Shown piece after piece: positions 12,401-24,880 of a stretch of 37,162 nt of DNA. Under the pieces are notes generated by a model that worked only from the letters and a program-made list of their open reading frames with translations, did not search any database and was not told the DNA's origin. A program made the translations under genes and the position numbers. Numbering within the stretch: position 1 is the first letter of the stretch; every line of letters begins with the position of its first letter. Origin of the DNA: Octopus sinensis (lineage: Eukaryota); contig NW_021835167.1 in NCBI RefSeq assembly GCF_006345805.1, positions 1 through 37,162 of the forward strand. Direction: 5' to 3'.

Positions 12401-13170
12401 TTTGAAAATTGAAGATTTATGACGTCTTCAACGTGAGGGCGCTAGTTTACCTCGTTCATATTTTTTATTTGAATTTCTATAACTTTTAATTTTTATGCAT
12501 TACTTTTCATTTTGAACTCGACAAAGTGAGGATAACTGTCAAGATATCTTCGTATTTTCTATTTACCTTTGTGAAGTTACGTCAATCCTTTTAAAATACA
12601 ATGATAATAATAATAAAATAATAATAATAATAATAATAATAAAACAGTGCCGGATCGATTTGCTATTAGCGCTAGTTGAACAGCCATCGACACGGTGTGG
12701 GATCTTATTATTACAAAGCATGAAGTCCAGTTTTGTACACCTCCCACCAATATTGAAGTTTACAATATTGAATTGAAACTCTTTGGTGCTATTATATTCA
12801 TAGTTTGGAACAGAAGACATATAATCAAAAGAAAATAATTTATAAGATATATTATTGGAATCCTTTTAGGCTTTCGTGCATTAAGTTTAATGAGCCTGCA
12901 GTGAGATACATCAGTCATTATAAGTATAAATGCAATACAGTTTCTGAATTTTCATTTTATCCAATAATTATTTTTCACTTTGTTTATTGTAATTTTCAAT
13001 CAGCACCAAGCTCACATTTACGTAATAACAGTAGTATTGATGCCTAAATTTCATATCAAACAGAATTATCTCAGTTTTCAAAGAGAAATTCGGTTTGGTT
13101 CCTAAAAGTAAAAAAAAGCACACACACATATATTCATAAATACATATATACATATATGTACATATATACA

Positions 13171-13264
<94 letters not shown>

Positions 13265-15143
13265 CTTTAAAATGTTGTTTCTTTGAAATGAAAACTTCGA
13301 CTGCCTATAATTATGCAACATCATGTAAATAAATAACCAGATCTCATTGATTTCATTGGTTTATATTAGTACTATACACAGTTCAAAGTCCACTTAAATT
13401 ACACATCTTTGACTCTATAATTAGAGAGCATATTAAAAACTGGAAAACAATATTAACGATTGGTTTAGTTAGGATATACTTAAAATACACATAAAAGAAC
13501 TCAAAGCGAATGTTGTATTTCACAACTAGCAATATATTGTTATAAAGTAAAAATATCAGTTATATAAATGCATGATACGTTTCTGTACAAAACTCGTTCG
13601 CATTTGTAAGAATTTACCTTTATGGGTGTCTGAGTGTATTGTTTATTGCTTTGAATTATTCATGCAGTTTCGTTGGAACATGTAATTAAAGATATTTCAA
13701 CAATAACTATTAATTTCTTGTGATGTATTCATGAAAATATACATATATGTACTTATATTTGCAAATACACAGGCATATATCGATGCATATGTAAATGCAT
13801 AAATATGATTATTTACATGTATATGTGAGAGTAAATGTAAGTGTATGTATGTTTGTATATATATATATATATTGATATATATATATGGTTGTTATATGCA
13901 TAAATCGGTACACCTCCATAGATGCATAAGTATGCTCATACACACACACGCACACACTTAAATGTACACACATATACTATATGTGTGTATATATTCGTGC
14001 AATTTTGTGTATGCGTATGTGTATGCATGTGCGTGCGTGTATGTAAATATTACAGTTGATAAACAATATCATATGCAGAATTTGTTCATATAATGGTTTA
14101 AATTGATGACATAACCACGTCCATTTAATCTTTCAGGTGAATATTTTCTTTTCTTTTATGAAACTTCTGTATTATTTCATGTAGCAATCAGTCACATTGA
14201 CTGATGAGTGTTCATTAGCCAATCTGTTTGAGTTGGTGACTTTTTTCAGATAGAATACCTATCACAACTATTCTAGTATTTACCTGCAAGTCTATAACTT
14301 TAACATATTTTTCTTATTGCAATTCCAACAATTTCCTTCAGTACGAACAATTTTTGATGTCTGCACCGAGATACCATCTCATTTTTTCTAACGAGATAGC
14401 ATCTTTCAGCGTAATGATGTACTTTTTACGTTTCCTAATGGCGCATTTCAGGAAATATTTAATATGTGTATGTGGCTCTATCTATTACACTGTGTTTATA
14501 TTATATGCCTATATCGACCTCTTTTAAATTCCACATATATTACAGTATAGTTGTTGTTTTCCGTTTATGCATGGTGTGCAATTGTTGTCTCATTGTTTCA
14601 GTGCATTTTATTGCTATATCCATTATCTATTAAAGTAACTTTATATTCTTTGTTGTACCGATGATATCTACAGGAGAAGTTAGGAAGAAATGTTTAATAA
14701 TAGATGTACACTTCCCATGCAATATATGGAGACGTGCACAAAAATGGCTAAGCGCCGCCGTCTCTATATATTTGTAACTACATGTGTCCCACGTAGGAGA
14801 TTGTGTCAATCTCTAGATAATTACTTCTAGACCATGAAAGCGACTCATAACACAAATTTAAAAAAAAATGAGATTAAACTATAAAGTAAATGAGACTGGA
14901 TTCGTTTGCAGTGATCAACATTGAATTGCTCTGAGCTAGAGACTGACAACTAAATTTAAATGACATGATATTGGGAGTTGGCGGAAAACCCGGCCCAAAT
15001 ACATACAAACAACTCGTCATGACTCTCATACTGACTAATTATAAATCCAATTAAGAAAATACGTATACCGAAAGAATGCAAAGTTTTGCAGTCGCCTGCA
15101 AAAATAGCAGCGCATGAAACGACGATAACAACCAGTTTTTGAG

Positions 15144-15255
<112 letters not shown>

Positions 15256-15313
15256 CTATCTATCAGTCTGTCTGTCTGTTTGCCTATCTATTTATCTATG
15301 TATCTATCTAGCG

Positions 15314-15322
15314 ATATATATA

Positions 15323-15356
<34 letters not shown>

Positions 15357-15478
15357 GCATATGCGTATATTATATATATATATCATATATATATATGCAT
15401 ATGCGTATATATATATATATATATAAATATGCATATGCGTATATTATATATATATATATATAATATATATGCATATGC

Positions 15479-15533
<55 letters not shown>

Positions 15534-15702
15534 TATGCGTATATATATATATATATGCATATGCGTATATATATATATATATATATATGCATATGCGTAT
15601 ATATATATATATATATATTATTGCATATGCGTATATATATATATATATATATATATGCATATGCGTATATATTATATAATATATATATATATATGCATAT
15701 GC

Positions 15703-15739
<37 letters not shown>

Positions 15740-15744
15740 TATGC

Positions 15745-15779
<35 letters not shown>

Positions 15780-15785
15780 TATGCG

Positions 15786-15817
<32 letters not shown>

Positions 15818-15822
15818 TATGT
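15314..15822. repeat. Compound minisatellite: GCATATGCGT units separated by variable (AT)n
   Basis: 12 exact GCATATGCGT copies (15357, 15397, 15431, 15471, 15531, 15557, 15589, 15623, 15657, 15695, 15737, 15777) plus partial copies. Confidence 0.95.
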
Positions 15823-16240
15823 ATTAGCATGTAAAGATGTGGCATATTGTGTGTATGTGTGTGGATAAAGTACGCATATATAGATATTTAAACCAATTAT
15901 ATATAAAATATTAACATGTTATATATGTATTTATGCATTATACATGTGTTTTTGTTTAACCTCTCTCTCTCTATATATATATATGTATACATATATACAT
16001 GCTTATGCGTACACACACACACATGGACAAATAATTATATAGCGCCTTCACTGATGGTCTCTTCGCCTATTGCAGTAACAGACAATGTTGTGCTTCATAT
16101 CTATTTGTAATCATATCTACCAGTGATAATCACATTAACAGATCCCAACCTTATCTAATATGTTCTCAAAGGCGAGGATGAATTGTATAAAGACTAATGA
16201 AAACAAGAAAATAGTGGAAAACACATTTATATAATTACAG

Positions 16241-16667
16241 ATTACCGAATCTCATCTGATTTGAAAGTTACACTGGTATCTTTAAAAGACATGATGCAGA
16301 TAAATTCGTGACTGGAGACAATGCTGCCAAAAGCATCGTTATAAATATCTGCAATCGAAAATCGATAAAAAGATAAAAAGTGTATGATCTTTCTAACCGT
16401 TCTGATGCTATTAGATGCAGGAATCATTTTAAAGAATCCCTCAGCTCGCGCATGGAAGAAGATCAAACTAAACGAATAGCCAAACATGTCAAAGAACAGA
16501 TTATCAAATGGAATGGACATTGTAAATCCTTGGTTAATGATTAAAGACGTTTGGATGCCATATTGAATCACATCCAAGACAAAGCCGTTTCAAACAATAT
16601 GGTTTCAGACATACCATTAAAACAAAATCTGATGAAAACATTGATAAAAGTCCAGCAGATGTCGTAA
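16241..16667 (+). pseudogene. Possible decayed coding segment of unknown product
   Basis: Follows TTACAG (possible acceptor). The frame from 16242 gives 141 codons with 3 internal stops (16257, 16374, 16542), and there is an in-register stop-free antisense ORF at 16242-16577. No motif recognised. Confidence 0.25.
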
Positions 16668-16870
16668 ACTTTGTGTGTGTAAGGAAACTAATATATCTAT
16701 TAACTATCAAGCGTGCATATGCATACTAAAGCATTGCATAATCTAGAATTTATATCATATATTATTTTATATTACACACCAAAGGGCATGTAGGTGTCAA
16801 GATGTATATCAATAAAGTGTGTATATATAAACGTATACATATATTAGTATATTATACATAACTACATACA

Positions 16871-16906
<36 letters not shown>

Positions 16907-16960
16907 TATGAATATATAGATATATATGTATATAGATATATATATTATATATATGTATAT

Positions 16961-17033
<73 letters not shown>

Positions 17034-17117
17034 ATGCGTATGTGCGTGCGACTGGAAATGGCTGTGTACATGTATATACGCTTTTCTTTTACTTGTTTAA
17101 GACATGTGACTGTGATG

Positions 17118-17358
17118 ATGCTGGAACACCGCCTTTAGTCGAGCAAATCGATTCCAGGACCCTATTTTTTGTATGCCTAGTACTTATTCTATCGGTCTCT
17201 TTGCCGAACCGCTAAGTTACGGGGAAGTGAACACACAAGCATCGGTTGGGGGGGGGGTGCAAACACAGGCACACAAACATACATACACACAGACACACGC
17301 ACATATATATATACATATACGACGGGCTACTTTCAGTTTCTGTCTACCAAATCCACTC
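17118..17358 (-). mobile_element. SINE (family B), partial
   Basis: Reverse complement of much of 18159-18574 (CCGAACCGCTAAGTTACGGGGA, TTTCAGTTTCTGTCTACCAAATCCACTC). Confidence 0.85.
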
Positions 17359-17677
17359 TGCTAATTGTGTGCTTTCCTCTCATTTGATAATACGAAATTT
17401 CTTAGTCTCCCGTAGATTTGCATTCATTTATTGAACATTCTAGAACGATTCAGGTTCAAACCATATATATCTTATTCATTTTTTTTTCTATCAAGCCGTG
17501 CAGACCCAATCAAAACATCAAATATCCATTTTTCATATTCGTATGGCTTCATAGTTTTTATACTTTGTAGGGAGTCACTTGAGTTACATGTAGTTGCAGT
17601 TTTTAGCAAGGCGAATTGCTCATTAGACTCACATTCATCTCTTGTGTTTATTTATTTATTATTTTTTATTAATGCGC

Positions 17678-17986
17678 CCTTTTAAAGCCTAGCCAGGCTC
17701 ATGGGCCCGGTTTCCCGGTTTCTGTGGCGTATGTATCTCCCCACACCAGCTGGACGGAACGCTAGTCCATCGCAGCGTTACTCAAGAAGCAGGTATAGAG
17801 AATGAGAGAAAGATGGGGCGAAAGAGTACAATAGGGGTCGCCACCACCCCCTGCCAGAGCCTCGTGGAGCTTTCGCTCGTGGTGTTTTCGCTCAGTAAAC
17901 ACACACATCGCCCAGTCTGAGAATCGAAACCGCGATCTTCCGACCGCGAGTCCGCTGCCCTAACCACTGGGCCATTGCACCTCCAC
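17678..17986 (-). mobile_element. tRNA-derived SINE (family C), apparently full length
   Basis: Minus-strand head GTGGAGGTGCAATGGCCCAGTGGTTAGGGCAGCGGACTCGCGGTC...GGTTTCGATTC has A- and B-box-like motifs, followed by a non-tRNA body. Confidence 0.85.
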
Positions 17987-18158
17987 CCTCCACCATCTCT
18001 TGTGTAGTTATGATTATTCACGCATATGTTATGCTTACGCAGATGTATGTAGGAGAGAATCCCAGGAGTGATCGTTCCGTTTTACTTAACAGAATTCTAG
18101 ATCTATCACTCCATCATCTAATGTGAACGATTTTAAAACAGTAGATTTTAAAAGAGTA

Positions 18159-18321
18159 GGTGTAGGAGTGGCTGTGCGGTAAGTAGCTTGTTTACGAACC
18201 ACATGGTTCCGGGTTCGGTCCCACCGCGTTACATCTTGGGCAAGTGTCTTCTGCTATAGCCCCGGGCCGACCAATGCCTTGTGAGTGGATTTGGTAGACG
18301 GAAACTGAAAGAAGTCCGTCG

Positions 18322-18362
<41 letters not shown>

Positions 18363-18574
18363 TTGTGTGTCTGTGTTTGTCCCCCCAACATCGTTTGACA
18401 ACCGATGCTGGTGTGTTTACGTCCCCGTAACTTAGCGGTTCGGCAAAAGCGACCGATAGAATAAGTACAAGGCTTACAAAGAATACGTCCTAGGGTCAAT
18501 TTGCTCGACTAAAGGTGGTGCTCCAGCAAGGCCACAGTCAAATGACTGAAACAATTAAAAGAGTAAAAGAGTAG
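18159..18574 (+). mobile_element. Full-length tRNA-derived SINE (family B) with an internal (AT)n(GT)n and a TAAAAGAG tail
   Basis: A-box-like TGGCTGTGCGG, B-box-like GGTTCGGTCCC, 3' stem-loop CAGTC-AAAT-GACTG, and a flanking 11-bp direct repeat TAAAAGAGTAG. Confidence 0.9.
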
Positions 18575-20144
18575 ACTGTAATTTGGCCTGGAAGTTTAGT
18601 TGCTCTTTCTAACATTTTAATCATACATATCGTAGTTTCCATCCTTAACTCAAGAAATCCATAATTAGTGTCCGTGATAGCCAAATGTAATATTTCAACT
18701 TCAACATCATATTTTCTATATGCTTGGGAATGCATACACTTGAGTAGCAGCAGCGATGTGTCTTGCCGTATTTTTTCTTATCAGCTGAAGTACAAATGAG
18801 TCCAATTACATCCCCGTTGTGACCGTCTGTAGTTTATCAAGTTCAGAGTATTACATTAATAAATGTGTCTTCACATTTTTTTTGTCATACAGCATTATGC
18901 ACGAAGAGGAGGTTTTGATTGTCGAAGAAATTTCCTTTTCGACTTCTTGTTGAATATTTTATGGTATGTCATTACGTTCAAACAGCAATTTGTGAAATTC
19001 ATTTTTCGAGAGAGTAACGATTAACGGTCTAGTCAAAGTGAGATATCTTTTACAATTGTATACCTTTGGTGATAGGTACTAAACCAATGGAACAACAGGA
19101 ACCATAAAACGATAAAACGAACGACGTGGAAAGGTTTTGCTTCTGAACATTTTTATACATTTGCGAATATTCCACATGAGTGTATGCATACTTACATACA
19201 TGCACACACATACACACAGACTACACACACAGAGAACACACGCACACACATACATACTAACATGCATGCATACATATACATACATACATACATATATATA
19301 TATATACATATATGCATGTGTACTTGTGGCCATACATGTGCAAAAGCTTTAAGCAGCAAAATCCACTTACGAGTAACTTTGCAACGGTATCTACCTATAT
19401 ATGTATATATATATATATATAAGTTATTATTGCGTATTATGTATTTGTGTTTGCCTCCGCATAAACCTTCGCAAGTACAACATATAAAACACACGTTTTA
19501 CAGCTATAAACACACACACACACACACCACACACACACACACTCAGAGTTATATCAACAGATTATGACGTATTTGCTCAAGCAATTTGCTAATGAAACTC
19601 TCTTATCACAATTTCATAAATTTCTCTCTTTTACAGTGAGAACTGTGTAATTACTATCAAGGGAAATTACATTCTGTGTTAAGCATATTTGACATCAGAG
19701 CAAACAGCAGTATTATTACAAATCATTCATATACTGTTGAATAATGGAGTTAGTTGAATATTGAATGTACTGTATTTGCAATTAAGATTAAGCAACCAGG
19801 CACCACTTGTCATAACTACTGCGGTCTCATCAATGAATATGTCAGGCTGAAAATGGAGTGCCGTTTCAACAGGCTCTAGTAAAGTCAGGTGACACTGTAT
19901 AAATTATTATTGGTCGAGGTCATGGAATATGATGCCATGCTCCAATGTAGTGAATTGTTGTAATAGTTTCGAATCTGATTTGAATTCGTAACACCCTGGC
20001 ATACTTCAAACATCAATTTATTATCTCTCACAAGATTTAGACTCAGTTATTTCGTGTCTCGTATGTAGCATTTGACAACATGGTGTATTGTTATGAGGTA
20101 ATATCTATAAAGATATGTCTTTGGTTCAAAAGATATCAGGTATT

Positions 20145-20480
20145 AAGGCCTAGGCATGGCTCGTTGGTTAGGAAGGTTGCTTTGCAACCACTGTTTTCAC
20201 GTTTAATTCTATGGCTCGGTATCATGGGCAAGTGTTTTCTATTGTAGTCTTGGGCTGACTTATGTCTCATGATGGAATTTTGATAGAGGGGAAACTGAGG
20301 AAGCCTTTTGTATGTATAAACGCACAAACAAACGCACACACATATATCTGTGCGTGGGTGTCTGTGTGTGATGTGTGTTTCCGTCTCTGTAACATAGTGG
20401 TTCGGCATAAGAGAGCGATGGAATAACATCCAGTCTTTAGAAGTGTAAATAATGGTGTCGACTTTTTCGACATAGCTCGT
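20145..20480 (+). mobile_element. Old degenerate SINE (family B)
   Basis: Collinear with 18159-18574 (GGGCAAGTGT, GGAAACTGA, GTAAC.TAG.GGTTCGGCA). Confidence 0.7.
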
Positions 20481-21126
20481 CAAGGAGTTACGCCATTGTG
20501 GTCGCAGCACATGAGTGAAACAGGTAAACGATTCTATCAAAAGCAAAAGTTCCAGCAAGACTAATACCACCAGAGATAAAAAAATGAAGACATGAGAACG
20601 CTTTGGATCGTCTACTTCTGTATTCTCCTGAAACGAGACTGAAATGTTTTAATCACAGATCTGCCGCATTCGTTTAATTTTCAATTACCCTCTGTCGTGT
20701 TCAAAATAGCTTGTAAAAGTTCTAATGAAAAGAAACCTCATAGCAATTTACTTTACCCGCTTGAAACTTTACCTCAAGCTATTGCTTTTCGACGATATGT
20801 ACACAGGGTTACTTCTTGTATTCATTTGAGCCTCAAATGATTTCAAGACCGACATATAACTAACTCCAAATAAGTAGTTTACTAAAGGCGTTGACTCCCA
20901 GATTTAATACACACTGCTTACTCGCAATCTCTTACTGCTCATAAATTTCCACTCATAAATTGTGTCTATTGATTTGTATATCTGTGTGTGCATATATATT
21001 TATGTGCGTGTTGTGTGTGTGTGTACGTACGTCTGAGCATATGGATGTGTAAATATATGATAAGCATAGGCGCAGACAAGCACAGGCACTCACACACACA
21101 CTTATAAATAGATAGAATAATAGATA

Positions 21127-21164
<38 letters not shown>

Positions 21165-21177
21165 TACGCTTATGTGA

Positions 21178-21208
<31 letters not shown>

Positions 21209-21589
21209 ATGAACACACTAACATCTGCATAGTTGAAGCAATATCACTTAGGAAGAAACAATAAAAAATAAACGAATGAAACCTTAAGACATAGTCATGA
21301 AAATGTTCGTTTTCATTGTTCCCTAACTTAATTAAAATATCTTTTGTAGTTAATCTAATACAGGCTAATATTATTTTCATACATCAATTATCTAATTACA
21401 GGCTGGAGAAATCTGATGACTGATTATTTTTGAGTTTACGTTCTTAGTCTATGAAATTTACAGCTGTATACGTGGCTTGAATTGTAAAAATATAAGATTT
21501 ACGTTCACAATAGATAAGGATGGCATTTTTGTATTTATCTTTTTAATATTTTTTGTCTCGGTTATTGCCCTGCAGCTATTATTTGGAGG

Positions 21590-21770
21590 TTTCATGGAAC
21601 AAATCGCCCCCCCCAGTATTTATATTAGTTATGATGGTACTTATTCTGTCAGTCTGCTTTGCCGAACTGTTAAGTTACGGAGACATAACCAAGCCAACGC
21701 CAGTTGTCAAAAGATGATGGACAAGCACGAAGTCAAATACACATGCACTCACATACAGGGGAAATTAGGC
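21590..21770 (-). mobile_element. Degenerate SINE fragment (family B)
   Basis: GTACTTATTCT...TTTGCCGAAC.G.TAAGTTACGG matches 17118-17358. Confidence 0.6.
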
Positions 21771-21829
21771 GTTGAATATACACACCTGAACAAGCGTATA
21801 TATATATATATATATATACATATATATAG

Positions 21830-22006
21830 TTAATCCAAACAAGAAAACACAGAAAAACACAACAACGCGAGGACGTGGAACAAATATAGTATTATTGGAC
21901 GCTCAGGAAAGAAGGAAAGAAGGAGGGTTTAACGTTTCGAGCTGAGCTCTTCGTCGGAACCATAGGAGAAGGAAAGATCCAGAGAAGGGAAGACAGAGGA
22001 AAAAAA
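21830..22006 (-). mobile_element. Short interspersed element with an HHR-like motif, related to 4760-4950
   Basis: Shares sequence blocks and HHR architecture with 4760-4950. Confidence 0.5.
21926..21961 (-). ncRNA. Minimal type I hammerhead-like motif with variant core
   Basis: Minus strand: GGUU CCGACGAA GAGC uca GCUC GAAA CGUU AAACC. Stem II is perfect, stem III is palindromic, and the core has U4C plus an extra A. Confidence 0.5.
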
Positions 22007-22062
22007 TACATATATATATATATATACATATATATGTATATATTATACATATATATATATAT

Positions 22063-22109
<47 letters not shown>

Positions 22110-22375
22110 CATATACATATATACATATATATATACATATATATATACATATATATACATATATACACATATATATGCATATATACATATATATATACAC
22201 ATATATCTATGCATATATATATATATAACATATATATATACATATATACATATATATATATATATACTATATATACATATATATATACATATATATATAT
22301 ACATATATATATATACAATATATATATATACATATATATATACATATATATATACATATATATATACATATAAAC

Positions 22376-22406
<31 letters not shown>

Positions 22407-22415
22407 CATATAAAC

Positions 22416-22446
<31 letters not shown>

Positions 22447-22686
22447 ATATATATATATACATACACAATATATATATACATATCTATATATATACATATA
22501 TATATATGTGTATATATATATAACATATATATATAATATATATATACATATATATAAATATATATATATATGCATATATACATATATATAAATATATATA
22601 TATATAAATATAATATATATAAATATATATATATACATATATATAACATTATATATATATACATATATAATACATAATATATATAC

Positions 22687-22717
<31 letters not shown>

Positions 22718-22802
22718 ATATATATTACATATATATACATATATATACATCTATATATATACATATATATACATATATAATAATATATATATAATATACA
22801 TA
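22007..22802. repeat. Degenerate (AT)n/(ATAC) microsatellite
   Basis: Seen directly. Confidence 0.95.
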
Positions 22803-23394
22803 TACTCTTTTACTCTTTTACTTGTTTCAGCCATCCGGCTGAGGATATGCTGGGGCACCGCCCTTGTTGCTAACCCTCTCTAGGTCCAGTTTGCCGTGGC
22901 TGGCCACTGATCTAAGAGAGAGTTTGTAAGCTGCTGCCCTTAGGTTACCTTCGTACCTTGCAGTGGGTTCATCTGGGATCCCGGAAAGCAGCTTGTCTAG
23001 ATGTTTTTTTGAAAAGGTCCACATCCGCATCATGTAGATCTCTTAGTTTTCTTGGCAGTTTGTTGAACAGCTGAGGGCCCTGAAGCCCAGGCTATTACAG
23101 TATCTGCTCCTTACCCTGGATGTGGAAGACGGGACCTTTGGCACCACACAGTGACGTCTGTACGGGGATTGGAACAACTCTCAATTCCAAAATTTGGTGC
23201 TAGTACCTCCAGGATTTTCCATATGTATATCACTGCATATCTCTCACGTCTTCGTTCCAAGGAGTACAAATTGAGTTCCCTAAGCCTCTCCCAATAGTTC
23301 TTTTCTTTCATGGTGGAAATCCTCTTGGTGTGAAATGTCTTTGGATTGTCTCAAGCTCTGTATAGTTTGACACTATGCGGTGACCACAGTCACC
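22803..23394 (-). mobile_element. 5'-truncated, frameshifted LINE 3' end of the same broad group as the 27586-32337 element
   Basis: Minus-strand frames read [39 protein letters not shown] and LDKLLSGIPDEP. These are homologous to the ORF2 C-terminus (DYWGRLEKLKLYSLQRRRERY, LDKFLQTVPDKP). It ends in a stem-loop plus a TAAAAGAG-repeat tail. Confidence 0.9.
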
Positions 23395-23425
<31 letters not shown>

Positions 23426-23513
23426 CATATATGTACATATATATATAAATATATATATATACATATATATACATATATTATATATACATATATATACATA
23501 TATATATATATAC

Positions 23514-23548
<35 letters not shown>

Positions 23549-23586
23549 CATATATATACATATATATATAAATATATATATATACT

Positions 23587-23647
<61 letters not shown>

Positions 23648-23703
23648 ATGTATGTATATATATGTTATATATATATATATATATACATATATATATTATA
23701 TAC

Positions 23704-23736
<33 letters not shown>

Positions 23737-23755
23737 CAATATATATATATTATAC

Positions 23756-23786
<31 letters not shown>

Positions 23787-23788
23787 AC

Positions 23789-23823
<35 letters not shown>

Positions 23824-23948
23824 ACATATATATATATCTATATATATATATCTTATATATACATATATATATACACATATATATATATACATATATATAT
23901 ATATACATTATATATATATACATATATAATATATATATATATACATAT

Positions 23949-23999
<51 letters not shown>

Positions 24000-24117
24000 G
24001 CATATATATATATATGCATATATATATTATGCATATATATATACTACATATATATATATATAATATATATATATATACATATATATACATACATATATAT
24101 ATATATACATATATATA

Positions 24118-24168
<51 letters not shown>

Positions 24169-24195
24169 CAATATATATATATAAATATATATATT
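23395..24195. repeat. Degenerate (AT)n microsatellite
   Basis: Seen directly. Confidence 0.95.
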
Positions 24196-24416
24196 TATTC
24201 AATATAGGGTGGCAAAAGATTTCGTAGAATTTTTTTGCCAACAGCGGCCTAGTGGGAAAAAATTAAATAGTCATAGACCATTTATAAATTCAACATCACA
24301 ATCAAGGAACGGCCATAATAGGCCATTCACCCACTAGAAATAACAGCCAAAGCTTCAACCGCAAAATAACATCAATTCCGTAAACCAGGAGAAAATTAAA
24401 AAACATTTACCCTGTA

Positions 24417-24523
24417 ATTTCTTATACGATGCACCGTTTCATCTACTGTTTAATGGTAAACTAACCTGATTAAATTAAATCAAGCCAATCTTCCATAGGC
24501 CCTTAGAATCATCAGTAAGAAAT
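24417..24523 (-). ncRNA. Putative type I hammerhead ribozyme with extended stem II (inverted copy)
   Basis: Reverse complement of the motif at 24774-24880, with all core nucleotides retained. Confidence 0.55.
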
Positions 24524-24773
24524 AGCCAAGTCGGAACAGATATTTTCACGAGGCATTTCTTAAAAATGGTCTATGACTATTTAATTTTTTCCCACTAGGC
24601 CGCTATATTGATTAATTATGAATTTTCTGATTAATTCCGTAATGGAATCGGCGGCTTATATTTATTTGCTGCCGATAAATTTGGCGCGAGTGCGATGATT
24701 TGAAAATTTTAGGTCAGATATTGCCGAGGCAGGGACGGAAATGCCTCGTGAAAATATCTGTTCCGACTTGGGT

Positions 24774-24880
24774 ATTTCTTACTGATGATTCTAAGGGCCT
24801 ATGGAAGATTGGCTTGATTTAATTTAATCAGGTTAGTCTACCATTAAACAGTAGATGAAACGGTGCATCGTATAAGAAAT
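24774..24880 (+). ncRNA. Putative type I hammerhead ribozyme with a 68-nt stem II region
   Basis: AUUUCUUA CUGAUGA [68 nt] GAAA CGG-UGCA-UCG UA UAAGAAAU. Stem I has 8 bp, stem III has 4 bp and is near-palindromic, and the cleavage triplet is GUA (24870-24872). Confidence 0.55.

Noticed and set aside
12640-12835. Protein-like frames on both strands (TAIDTVWDLIITKHEVQF...)
   Set aside because: Short, bounded by stops, and no recognisable family.
15357-15786. Regularly spaced 10-bp repeat resembling a CRISPR array
   Set aside because: The repeats are too short, the spacers are just (AT)n, there are no cas genes, and the context is eukaryotic.
17915-17986. tRNA-like sequence with A and B boxes
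   Set aside because: It does not close a full cloverleaf and continues into a SINE body, so it is a SINE head, not a tRNA gene. The same applies to the heads at 1711, 8162, 18159 and 36184.
18580-18800. Minus-strand acceptor TTCAG followed by protein-like text (LIRKNTARHIAAATQVYAF / YRKYDVEVEILHLAIT)
   Set aside because: Needs a frameshift to join, and no family was recognised.
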